Shown one piece after another: positions 1-11,300 of a stretch of DNA of 19,580 nt. A program made the translations under genes and the position numbers. Origin of the DNA: Macrostomum lignano (Eukaryota); assembly GCA_002269645.1 (NCBI GenBank), contig NIVC01005232.1:1-19580 (forward strand), written 5' to 3'. The notes below the pieces were generated by a model. The model had not been told where the DNA came from, ran no database searches, and saw nothing but the letters and a program-made list of their open reading frames with translations. The first letter of the stretch is position 1. Each line of letters begins with the position of its first letter.

Positions 1-384
1 AACATTCGATTGATGACGCCCTCCAGTTTAGCTCGGATCTGTTCGTCGCGCTCATCCAGCTCTGTAACTTCTTCGTCGATTTGTGCCACTCGATTTTTAA
101 TATACCGATCGATGCACTTGCACACGATTGTCTCTACGTACTCGGCCGAGTCGTCAATGTCGATGCACTAGATTGCGTCTCTAGTCGTCGTCAATGAGCG
201 TCAGAGAGAACAGGCTCTCGTCGTAGGCGCCCAGGTGATAATATACCTTGGAGGCTACAAGGGCGGCCAGTTTACTCTGGGGAAAGTTGCGATCCTCGTG
301 TAGCATTTCAATCTTGCTAACAGAGTCGGATATCTCTGGCCAGAATACATCGACCAAGGTGTTCAGCTTTGACAGGGCGAATGA
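1..384 (-). CDS. PSMD1: Internal exon of 26S proteasome non-ATPase regulatory subunit 1 (Rpn2/PSMD1), N-terminal region; partial (runs off window edge) and interrupted at 162-210
   Basis: 384->211 translates [58 protein letters not shown]. 161->1 (a different frame) translates [53 protein letters not shown]. These match, from memory, human PSMD1 [34 protein letters not shown]...[19 protein letters not shown] and [20 protein letters not shown]...RLEGIVNKM. GC content rises sharply relative to the flank. Confidence 0.9.
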
Positions 385-408
385 CTGCGGAATGAAAAAC
401 AAAATAAT
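385..408 (-). other. 3' splice acceptor (phase 0) of the PSMD1 exon
   Basis: Minus strand reads TTATTTTGTTTTTCATTCCGCAG|TCA TTC GCC: pyrimidine tract plus CAG exactly where homology begins. The MFFIPQ start of the tracked ORF is intron read-through. Confidence 0.75.
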
Positions 409-511
409 TTGGGGAGGGAATCGGTCAGCTTTCCTATTTAGATGAATATATCCAATACATTCTATATGTACACAATATATATATGAGCATATATATGAAA
501 TTATACTATAT

Positions 512-1012
512 CAGGGATCGGCAAGCTTTTTTAATTCAAGGGCCAGATGGAGAACCTAGAGAATGACTGCAGGCCGGAGGAAAGGAGAGAGGAAACAAAG
601 AGTAGAGAAGGGAGATAGGAGAAAGGAGAGGCGAAAAAAAGACAGGAGTGGAGAGAAGAGGGAGAAAAGGAGAGAAAAGAGGAGTAAGGAGGAAGAGATA
701 AAAGGAGAGAGAAGACACGAGAGGAGAAGATTGATGAGAAGAGAGAAGAGGAGATAGAGAGGAGCAGAGAGGAGGAGAAAGGAGAAAGGGGAGGAGAAGA
801 AAAGAAAGAGAAAAGAGAGAAGAGAGAAGAGGAGAGGAGAGAGGAAGAAATTAGAGAGGAGATTAGAGCAAAGATCACTGAGAAGAGTTATAAACATTGA
901 GTAGGCTGGATTGCTATTATAAAGTTTCAAAGGACCTAAGGGCCAGATAGAAAGGCCTTATAGTTATAGGCTATATGCATGCAGCTTGCAGGCCAGAGTT
1001 TGTTAACCCATA
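512..1012. mobile_element. Non-autonomous hAT (Charlie/MER58-like) MITE with 8-bp TSD
   Basis: 5' end CAGGGATCGGCAAGCTTTTTTAATTCAAGGGCCAGAT resembles the recalled MER58A start (CAGGGGTCGGCAAACTTTTT...AAGGGCCAGAT). 3' end GCAGGCCAGAGTTTGTTAACCCATA resembles GCGGGCCGTAGTTTGCCGACCCCTG. Perfect TSD TACTATAT at 504-511 and 1013-1020. Confidence 0.8.
568..885 (+). repeat. Polypurine (GA-rich) low-complexity tract inside the MITE
   Basis: About 300 nt almost entirely A/G (GGAGA, GAGAA, AGAGG motifs). It generates the spurious R/K/E and S/L/F ORFs at 531-930. Confidence 0.9.
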
Positions 1013-1412
1013 TACTATATACAATATATAATGTATAATAAGTCTAAAAGCTTGAAACTAAAAAGAGCTTAGCCTTAATTTGGATTCAACATAATTTTTT
1101 ATTATTAGGCAACATTGTCTTGTTTCTTGTTTACTATTTGCAAAAGCACCTATTGCTCAAAATCTAGGATATACTATATAGACCAAACATTATTAGTAAA
1201 ACATTTTGTTCTAAAAGTTATATGGATAAATGCTAATTCAAGAAAAATAATACAACAAAGCAACAATTTCAGAAATTTTTTATCATTATATATTAAATCA
1301 ATTTATAATGCATCTAGAATACTGCTTATAGGTAAAAAACATACTATTGCTAAAGATGCATAGAAAAATGGTATTTCTAGAAAAAATATTAAAGCAATAT
1401 GAATTTGAATAA

Positions 1413-1430
1413 ATATATATATATATATAT
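1413..1430. repeat. (AT)9 microsatellite
   Basis: Direct reading; a shorter (AT)7 lies at 1646-1659. Confidence 0.9.
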
Positions 1431-2433
1431 ACATTCATTCTTTTTCATATACATCTATAATCCTAAAAATAACTTTTGATGAATTTTTGCTATTAACAAA
1501 TGATTTGGCAAAATTTCATAGAAGGAAAATAGTACAGTGTATATTAGAATTATTCATAAGTTTTTAGACGATTATGCACTTTTTGTATCTATTTATACAT
1601 TGCTTCTTATAAGTTTAAATAATAACCTTAAAAAACTATAAAATAATATATATATATATACATAAACTAACAGCATGTTTTATAATTAATTTGCCAAAAA
1701 GTTGTGCACTTTAAGGGCCTAAGGGCCTTAGTATACCAAGTATACCAAATGCATTAAGGGCCATTTATATATGCAATTTTTTTATGGCAAAGGCTATCTT
1801 CCTAAATATACATGGCAGAATCTAAAAATGTGGGATAAAATGGTAAAACAAATCTGAGGACATTTGATGGAAGGTAATATATCTAGAAAAGCTTTTTGAA
1901 AGATAGATAAAGTCTTTAAAATAGTTCTATATAAAAAATATTGTTTTTATGCTTTACATTGTTAGAGAAGGCTATTTTTTTACTACTTATAAAACAGAAA
2001 GTATTCTATGTTTTACTTTTTATTTTATTCAAAAAGATAAAGGTTTCCAAGGATTTTTAAGTTTTTCTAAAACCATATAAACTCGCAAAAATTCATACTA
2101 ATCTAAAGTGCAAAGTTTGCCAGCAAACATCTTTCTCTAAAAGTAAACATACTGCTAATTCCTTGTTACAAAAAAATCTTTAAGTTGTTTTCTTTCATTT
2201 AAATTTTATCAACTAATATTAGTGTATATAATATTCCTATATTAAGACTTATTTGGTAAGAAATGGTACCACAAAATATGAACCTGGCATCCAAATCAAA
2301 TGCTTCCTATAGGCTTATGAGGTGACAAAGAACAATGAAATTATACTTAAATATGTATCATTGCAGCGTATATACAGGAAAAAAAAGAATTTTCCAAATT
2401 GCTTCAGTAAAAGCTGAGTAAAATGCAATTTTC

Positions 2434-3944
2434 CCTGGATGGAATTCTTGCAGAAAAATCACAACGCGTTATGCGATTGCGCAAAAAAATGCAATTTTGC
2501 TTCAAAAAATCCAGAAAAATGCGTCGCAGAATTTCAGACAAAATTGCTAATTCTTAATATATGCAAAAGTGCGCTTGAGATATTGGATTTTGCAAAAGAT
2601 AATCCTACTTGCTAAGATCACGAAGAAAAAAAGAATAAGAAGTAAAAACTAAATAAGGCACAATAGTAAAAATTCAAAAAAAATAAAATAAAAAGTAGAA
2701 ACTCGTAACATTCTCTAACAGTAGTAGTAGTAAGAGAATTTGGCTCAGGCAATTAGCCTGTTTGGCCAATATATTATAGAGCTATGTATTTGGAAAAATT
2801 TTCGAAATAGAAGTTTATAAAGACGATTTGACGACGATTTGCCGAGTTATTGTAAAAGATAAAGTATTTGAAAGCGCGCCAGAATTTTTACGGTATTTTT
2901 GGACGAAAAGTGACGACTAACAACTAACAATGAGTATAAATGTTAATACAAAAATGAGTACAAATTACGAGATATAGCTTTAATTGCGAGATTACTTTGG
3001 TAAGCAAGTTTGTAAAAAAAAGATGTAGTATTTTTGAAAGTGCGTGATATTTCAAAGCGTGAAAAACGAACATAAACAATACTTCGAAAGAACTTTATGT
3101 TTAACAAATAACAACGATTTAAATATAGGGAATTAAAAAAGACAGTAAATGAATAAACAACTGAAAAGCAGATTTGTTACACTGCTAATGTATCTGATTC
3201 AGTTTGTTTAACTGTTTTAGCTATTCATGACTTCATATATTTTAGCTACACCAGTGAGTTCTTTTCTGACTCTTTTTTCATTTGTAGCATATCCTATCTT
3301 GTGTATTTGATTGCTATTTAAGAGGTATTGACAGAAGTATTTTTTCCTGATCTCTTCAGTTTGTGGACATTTGGTCAAGTAGTGTAGAATGTCAAAACCA
3401 TTTCGCGCTCCACACATTTTACATGGTTCTTGAGAAAAAAAGTTGGGTGTAATCTCGCATTTCAGTTTTAGGAGGGTTGTTAAGAATTTTTGTTTCTAAA
3501 TGTACATGGAAAGAAATCTGAAAGGTTGGGCCTGCAGATTTTTTTGTAGAGATAGGCATTTTGTAGAGTTTAATATGTTGCTGATTCTCTAGCTTTTGGC
3601 TAAGTTCTTTTTCTCTGTGTATCTTGAGGTGCTTTTTCACTAGGTATTTCTTGTTATTAAAGCTTTGGAAAAGTTTATCTTCAGTTAGTGCTTTTAGGTC
3701 TATACTTTCTAGTTTCTTTAGTACATTCATTTTCCATGAATCTAACATACGTATTTGGACAAAAATTCAAATCACTACATTTTCTTAGAATGCATTTTTC
3801 ATTATTGTCTTTCGTTATTTTGTTATTTCGTTATTTTGCGACGTGCTAAGTACCAAAAAAAATGCGACCAATAAAAAAAATTGTGCGCCATAAAAAAATT
3901 GCATAATTCCGTTTGACTTAAGAAATACAAGAATTCCATCCTGG
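2434..3944. mobile_element. ~1.5-kb non-autonomous TIR DNA transposon (superfamily unresolved)
   Basis: Left end CCTGGATGGAATTCTTG (2434-2450) versus reverse complement of right end CCAGGATGGAATTCTTG (3928-3944): 16/17 identical. Weaker inverted similarity continues inward (TTATGCGATT/TTATGCAATT; CGTCGCAGAAT/CGTCGCAAAAT). Direct repeat CAATTTTC at 2426-2433 and 3945-3952. Confidence 0.62.
3217..3810 (-). mobile_element. 5'-truncated, degenerate non-LTR retrotransposon (LINE) ORF2 C-terminal remnant with CCHC zinc knuckle
   Basis: Joining frames gives ...EKCILRKCSDLNFCPNT/LDSWKMNVLKKLESIDLK...STKK/NLQAQPFRFLSMYI*KQKFLTTLLKLKCEITPNFFSQEPCKMCGARNGFDILHYLTKCPQTEEIRKKYF... This contains C-x2-C-x9-H-x4-C followed by P, typical of the post-RT region of LINE ORF2. 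At least two frameshifts and one internal stop; no RT core present. Confidence 0.72.
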
Positions 3945-4211
3945 CAATTTTCTGATCCTTATGGGAATTTGTATGCTTAAATAATAAACTTATGTTGAAT
4001 ATAGTAATTATTGCAAATGAACTTTACATAATACACATTGTCAATAATAACAAAAGTGATAAACAAATAAACCCTCAATAAGAATGCTAAATAAGTTGTA
4101 GCATTATAGAATGGAATGTTATAAAACACTTAAAGTTAATAAATACATTATTAGAGCTTTTTTATCATTTTTATGAGTCTTGAGGTCTAAATAATTTACT
4201 AGGGTAAGATC

Positions 4212-4687
4212 TCATCAACCGAACAAGGGATCTTCAAAACCGAACATGCAAGTGACTTTCGTTTTTACTGTCTCATTGGAAATATATTTAAAGAGTCTAT
4301 AAAAGTGCCATATCATTTGAAAGAAAACATTCTCATCTACAAAATGAGATAAAGTTTAGACAATCTACTCAATAGATACTCGAGAAAATGAGCATTATTG
4401 ATAGAAATTATTAAAGAAATACGCGTTTCAGAGTTTTTTCTTGATTTGGGATGTCTGCAGAAGAATTGGTCTACAGACCACAATTTTTAACTTACATTCA
4501 AAACAAAATACTTTTTGAATTCAGTGTTAAATTTTCTACAAAGTAATATAACACACATACCAATCTGATGTATAGTTAAGCAAAAAATTCTAGTGTTCGG
4601 TTGATGATACCAAATTACATGTTCGGTTCGGTTTTCAGATTTCAGAATCATCAACCGAACAGAAGAATCTTCAAAACCGAACGAACA
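4212..4687. repeat. Cluster of direct and inverted AACCGAAC-core repeats (probable transposon relic)
   Basis: TCATCAACCGAACA...ATCTTCAAAACCGAAC occurs at 4212-4245 and 4648-4682. Perfect 15-bp inverted repeat TGTTCGGTTGATGAT (4594-4608) / ATCATCAACCGAACA (4647-4661). Confidence 0.65.
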
Positions 4688-5340
4688 AAAATTGTCCAAA
4701 AAAACTTATTTCTCGCTTGATTCTTCTACCTTACATTGAATAAGATCTTTTTTTTAAAAGAACAACTCATTTAAGCCACGTAGTTGCAAATATTTTTTGC
4801 TTAAAAATGTACCAATTTTAATGCAAAATACATAGGAGGATTTTTCCATTTTGACAAAATATTCCTATTAAATGCTTTTATTTCTACTAACAGTAGCTAA
4901 AAGCGACATATAATTCCATATACATTTTCTTTTAAGAATTCTGCAACATAGAAAAGAAGATCGAATCAACAAGACAGGCCAAGATAGGCGCGGCCTACTA
5001 GGCCTAATGGTTGCCGCTTTACTGTATAATTGAAGAGTAAAAGGCCTAGTAAACGTCTAATTTAATTTAATTGTAAATAAGTACAATTACGAGTATTGTA
5101 ACTGTAAGTAATACGAGCAAAGCCAAAGGCACAATATAAAATTTAATAATATGACTACAATAATATACATTTAGTAAAACCCTTATTAGAAAAGAAACAG
5201 ATATATGCTAGGCTATAGGCCTAGGCCCTATCAGAACGGGGAAATTTCAAAGATCTGACAAATTATATGATGGTAGGACGGAGAACTATACAAGGCGGTG
5301 AAGAGTCGCCTACTCCCAGATATATTAATAGACAAATGCA

Positions 5341-8300
5341 GAGAGGCGCCCTTAATACATGTAGATTGATGGACAGAAGCAGTTAGAGAGGCGCCCTTCA
5401 TACATGTAGATTGATGGACAGAAGCAGTTAGAGAGGCGCCCTTCATACATGTAGATTGATGGACAGAAACAGTTAGAGAGGCGCCCTTCATACATGTAGA
5501 TTGATGGACAGAAGCAGTTAGAGAGCGCCCTTGATCCAAGTAGATTGATAGACAGAAGCAGTTAGAGAGGCGCCATTCATACATGTAGATTGATAGACAG
5601 AAGCAGTTAGAGAGGCGCCCTTCATACATGTAGATTGATAGACAGAAGCAGTTAGAGAGGCGCCCTTCATACATGTAGATTGATAGACAGAAGCAGTTAG
5701 AGAGGCGCCCTTCATACATGTAGATTGATAGACAGAAGCAGTTAGAGAGGCGCCCTTCATACATGTAGATTGATGGACAGAATTCGCAGTTAGAGAGGCG
5801 CCATTCATACATGTAGATTGATGGACAGAAGCAGTTAGAGAGGCGCCCTTCATACATGTAGATTGATAGACAGAAGCAGTTAGAGAGGCGCCCTTCATAC
5901 ATGTAGATTGATAGACAGAAACAGTTAGAGAGGCGCCCTTCATACAAGTAGATTGATAGACAGAAGCAGTTAGAGAGGCGCCCTTCATACATGTAGATTG
6001 ATGGAAAGAATTCGCAGTTAGAGAGGCGCCCTTCATACAAGTAGATTGATGGACAGAATTCGCAGTTAGAGAGGCGCCATTCATACATGTAGATTGATGG
6101 ACAGAAGCAGTTAGAGAGGCGCCCTTCATACATGTAGATTGATGGACAGAAGCAGTTAGAGAGGCGCCCTTCATACATGTAGATTGATAGACAGAAGCAG
6201 TTAGAGAGGCGCCCTTCATACATGTAGATTGATAGACAGAAGCAGTTAGAGAGGCGCCATTCATACATGTAGATTGATAGACAGAAGCAGTTAGAGAGGC
6301 GCCCTTCATACAAGTAGATTGATGGACAGAATTCGCAGTTAGAGAGGCGCCATTCATACATGTAGATTGATGGACAGAATTCGCAGTTAGAGAGGCGCCC
6401 TTCATACATGTAGATTGATGGACAGAAGCAGTTAGAGAGGCGCCCTTCATACATGTAGATTGATGCAGGACAGAAGCAGTTAGAGAGGCGCCCTTCATAC
6501 AAGTAGATTGATGGACAGAAGCAGTTAGAGAGGCGCCCTTCATACATGTAGATTGATGGACGGAAGCAGTTAGAGAGGCGCCCTTCATACATGTAGATTG
6601 ATGGACGAAGCAGTTAGAGAGGCGCCCTTGATCCAAGTAGATTGATAGACAGAAGCAGTTAGAGAGGCGCCCTTCATACATGTAGATTGATGGACAGAAG
6701 CAGTTAGAGAGGCGCCCTTCATACATGTAGATTGATAGACAGAAGCAGTTAGAGAGGCGCCCTTCATACATGTAGATTGATGGACAGAAGCAGTTAGAGA
6801 GGCGCCCTTCATACATGTAGATTGATAGACAGAAGCAGTTAGAGAGGCGCCCTTCATACATGTAGATTGATAGACAGAAGCAGTTAGAGAGGCGCCCTTG
6901 ATCCAAGTAGATTGATAGACAGAAGCAGTTAGAGAGGCGCCCTTGATCCAAGTAGATTGATAGACAGAAGCAGTTAGAGAGGCGCCCTTCATACATGTAG
7001 ATTGATGGACAGAAGCAGTTAGAGAGCGCCCTTGATCCAAGTAGATTGATAGACAGAAGCAGTTAGAGAGGCGCCCTTCATACATGTAGATTGATAGACA
7101 GAAGCAGTTAGAGAGGCGCCCTTCATACAAGTAGATTGATGGACAGAAGCAGTTAGAGAGGCGCCCTTCATACATGTAGATTGATGGACAGAAGCAGTTA
7201 GAGAGGCGCCCTTGATCCAAGTAGATTGATAGACAGAAGCAGTTAGAGAGGCGCCCTTGATCCAAGTAGATTGATAGACAGAAGCAGTTAGAGAGGCGCC
7301 CTTGATCAAGTAGATTGATAGACAGAAGCAGTTAGAGAGGCGCCCTTCATACATGTAGATTGATGGACAGAAGCAGTTAGAGAGGCGCCCTTCATACATG
7401 TAGATTGATGGACAGAAGCAGTTAGAGAGGCGCCCTTGATCCAAGTAGATTGATAGACAGAAGCAGTTAGAGAGGCGCCCTTGATCCAAGTAGATTGATA
7501 GACAGAAGCAGTTAGAGAGGCGCCCTTGATCCAAGTAGATTGATAGACAGAAGCAGTTAGAGAGGCGCCCTTCATACATGTAGATTGATGGACAGAAGCA
7601 GTTAGAGAGGCGCCCTTCATACATGTAGATTGATGGACAGAAGCAGTTAGAGAGGCGCCCTTCATACATGTAGATTGATGGACAGAAGCAGTTAGAGAGG
7701 CGCCTTTCATACATGTAGATTGATGGACAGAAGCAGTTAGAGAGGCGCCCTTCATACATGTAGATTGATGGACAGAAGCAGTTAGAGAGGCGCCCTTCAT
7801 ACATGTAGATTGATGGACAGAAGCAGTTAGAGAGGCGCCCTTCATACATGTAGATTGATAGACAGAAGCAGTTAGAGAGGCGCCCTTGATCCAAGTAGAT
7901 TGATAGACAGAAGCAGTTAGAGAGGCGCCCTTGATCCAAGTAGATTGATAGACAGAAGCAGTTAGAGAGGCGCCCTTCATACAAGTAGATTGATGGACAG
8001 AAGCAGTTAGAGAGGCGCCCTTCATACATGTAGATTGATGGACAGAAGCAGTTAGAGAGGCGCCCTTGATCCAAGTAGATTGATAGACAGAAGCAGTTAG
8101 AGAGGCGCCCTTGATCCAAGTAGATTGATAGACAGAAGCAGTTAGAGAGGCGCCCTTCATACATGTAGATTGATGGACAGAAGCAGTTAGAGAGGCGCCC
8201 TTCATACATGTAGATTGATGGACAGAAGCAGTTAGAGAGGCGCCCTTCATACATGTAGATTGATGGACAGAAGCAGTTAGAGAGGCGCCTTCATACATGT

Positions 8301-11300
8301 AGATTGATGGACAGAAGCAGTTAGAGAGGCGCCTATCAGTATATTATAGACAGAAGCAGAGAGGCGCCCTTCATACATGTAGATTGATAGACAGAAGCAG
8401 TTAGAGAGGCGCCCTTCATACATGTAGATTGATGGACAGAAGCAGTTAGAGAGGCGCCCTTCATACATGTAGATTGATGGACAGAAGCAGTTAGAGAGGC
8501 GCCCTTGATCCAAGTAGATTGATAGACAGAAGCAGTTAGAGAGGCGCCCTTGATCAAGTAGATTGATAGACAGAAGCAGTTAGAGAGGCGCCCTTCATAC
8601 ATGTAGATTGATAGACAGAAGCAGTTAGAGAGGCGCCCTTCATACATGTAGATTGATAGACAGAAGCAGTTAGAGAGGCGCCCTTCATACATGTAGATTG
8701 ATAGACAGAAGCAGTTAGAGAGGCGCCCTTCATACATGTAGATTGATAGACAGAAGCAGTTAGAGAGGCGCCCTTCATACATGTAGATTGATGGACAGAA
8801 GCAGTTAGAGAGGCGCCCTTCATACATGTAGATTGATGGACAGAAGCAGTTAGAGAGGCGCCCTTCATACATGTAGATTGATAGACAGAAGCAGTTAGAG
8901 AGGCGCCCTTCATACATGTAGATTGATAGACAGAAGCAGTTAGAGAGGCGCCCTTCATACAAGTAGATTGATAGACAGAAGCAGTTAGAGAGGCGCCCTT
9001 CATACATGTAGATTGATGGACAGAAGCAGTTAGAGAGGCGCCCTTCATACATGTAGATTGATGGACAGAAGCAGTTAGAGAGGCGCCCTTCATACATGTA
9101 GATTGATGGACAGAAGCAGTTAGAGAGGCGCCCTTCATACATGTAGATTGATGGACAGAAGCAGTTAGAGAGGCGCCCTTCATACATGTAGATTGATAGA
9201 CAGAAGCAGTTAGAGAGGCGCCCTTCATACATGTAGATTGATAGACAGAAGCAGTTAGAGAGGCGCCATTCATACATGTAGATTGATAGACAGAAGCAGT
9301 TAGAGAGGCGCCCTTCATACATGTAGATTGATGGACAGAAGCAGTTAGAGAGGCGCCCTTCATACATGTAGATTGATGGACAGAAGCAGTTAGAGAGGCG
9401 CCCTTCATACATGTAGATTGATGGACAGAAGCAGTTAGAGAGGCGCCCTTCATACATGTAGATTGATAGACAGAAGCAGTTAGAGAGGCGCCCTTCATAC
9501 AAGTAGATTGATGGACAGAAGCAGTTAGAGAGGCGCCCTTCATACATGTAGATTGATGGACAGAAGCAGTTAGAGAGGCGCCCTTCATACATGTAGATTG
9601 ATGGACAGAAGCAGTTAGAGAGGCGCCCTTGATCAAGTAGATTGATAGACAGAAGCAGTTAGAGAGGCGCCCTTCATACATGTAGATTGATGGACAGAAG
9701 CAGTTAGAGAGGCGCCCTTCATACATGTAGATTGATAGACAGAAGCAGTTAGAGAGGCGCCCTTCATACATGTAGATTGATGGACAGAAGCAGTTAGAGA
9801 GGCGCCCTTCATACATGTAGATTGATAGACAGAAGCAGTTAGAGAGGCGCCCTTCATACATGTAGATTGATAGACAGAAGCAGTTAGAGAGGCGCCCTTG
9901 ATCCAAGTAGATTGATAGACAGAAGCAGTTAGAGAGGCGCCCTTGATCCAAGTAGATTGATAGACAGAAGCAGTTAGAGAGGCGCCCTTCATACATGTAG
10001 ATTGATGGACAGAAGCAGTTAGAGAGGCGCCCTTGATCCAAGTAGATTGATAGACAGAAGCAGTTAGAGAGGCGCCCTTCATACATGTAGATTGATAGAC
10101 AGAAGCAGTTAGAGAGGCGCCCTTCATACAAGTAGATTGATGGACAGAAGCAGTTAGAGAGGCGCCCTTCATACATGTAGATTGATGGACAGAAGCAGTT
10201 AGAGAGGCGCCCTTGATCCAAGTAGATTGATAGACAGAAGCAGTTAGAGAGGCGCCCTTGATCCAAGTAGATTGATAGACAGAAGCAGTTAGAGAGGCGC
10301 CCTTGATCCAAGTAGATTGATAGACAGAAGCAGTTAGAGAGGCGCCCTTCATACATGTAGATTGATGGACAGAAGCAGTTAGAGAGGCGCCCTTCATACA
10401 TGTAGATTGATGGACAGAAGCAGTTAGAGAGGCGCCCTTGATCCAAGTAGATTGATAGACAGAAGCAGTTAGAGAGGCGCCCTTGATCAAGTAGATTGAT
10501 AGACAGAAGCAGTTAGAGAGGCGCCCTTCATCAAGTAGATTGATGACAGAAGCAGTTAGAGAGGCGCCCTTCATACATGTAGATTGATGGACAGAAGCAG
10601 TTAGAGAGGCGCCCTTCATACATGTAGATTGATGGACAGAAGCAGTTAGAGAGGCGCCCTTCATACATGTAGATTGATGGACAGAAGCAGTTAGAGAGGC
10701 GCCCTTCATACATGTAGATTGATGGACAGAAGCAGTTAGAGAGGCGCCCTTCATACATGTAGATTGATGGACAGAAGCAGTTAGAGAGGCGCCCTTCATA
10801 CATGTAGATTGATGACAGAAGCAGTTAGAGAGGCGCCCTTCATACATGTAGATTGATAGACAGAAGCAGTTAGAGAGGCGCCCTTGATCCAAGTAGATTG
10901 ATAGACAGAAGCAGTTAGAGAGGCGCCCTTGATCCAAGTAGATTGATAGACAGAAGCAGTTAGAGAGGCGCCCTTCATACAAGTAGATTGATGGACAGAA
11001 GCAGTTAGAGAGGCGCCCTTCATACATGTAGATTGATGGACAGAAGCAGTTAGAGAGGCGCCCTTCATCAAGTAGATTGATAGACAGAAGCAGTTAGAGA
11101 GGCGCCCTTCATCAAGTAGATTGATAGACAGAAGCAGTTAGAGAGGCGCCCTTCATACATGTAGATTGATGGACAGAAGCAGTTAGAGAGGCGCCCTTCA
11201 TACATGTAGATTGATGGACAGAAGCAGTTAGAGAGGCGCCCTTCATACATGTAGATTGATGACAGAAGCAGTTAGAGAGGCGCCCTTCATACATGTAGAT

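Noticed and set aside
531-930. S/L/F-rich and R/K/E-rich ORFs
   Set aside because: Translations of the polypurine tract inside a MITE.
1115-1363. 82-aa ORF (and the similar 70-aa ORF at 4487-4699)
   Set aside because: Short, AT-rich and without homology cues; expected by chance.
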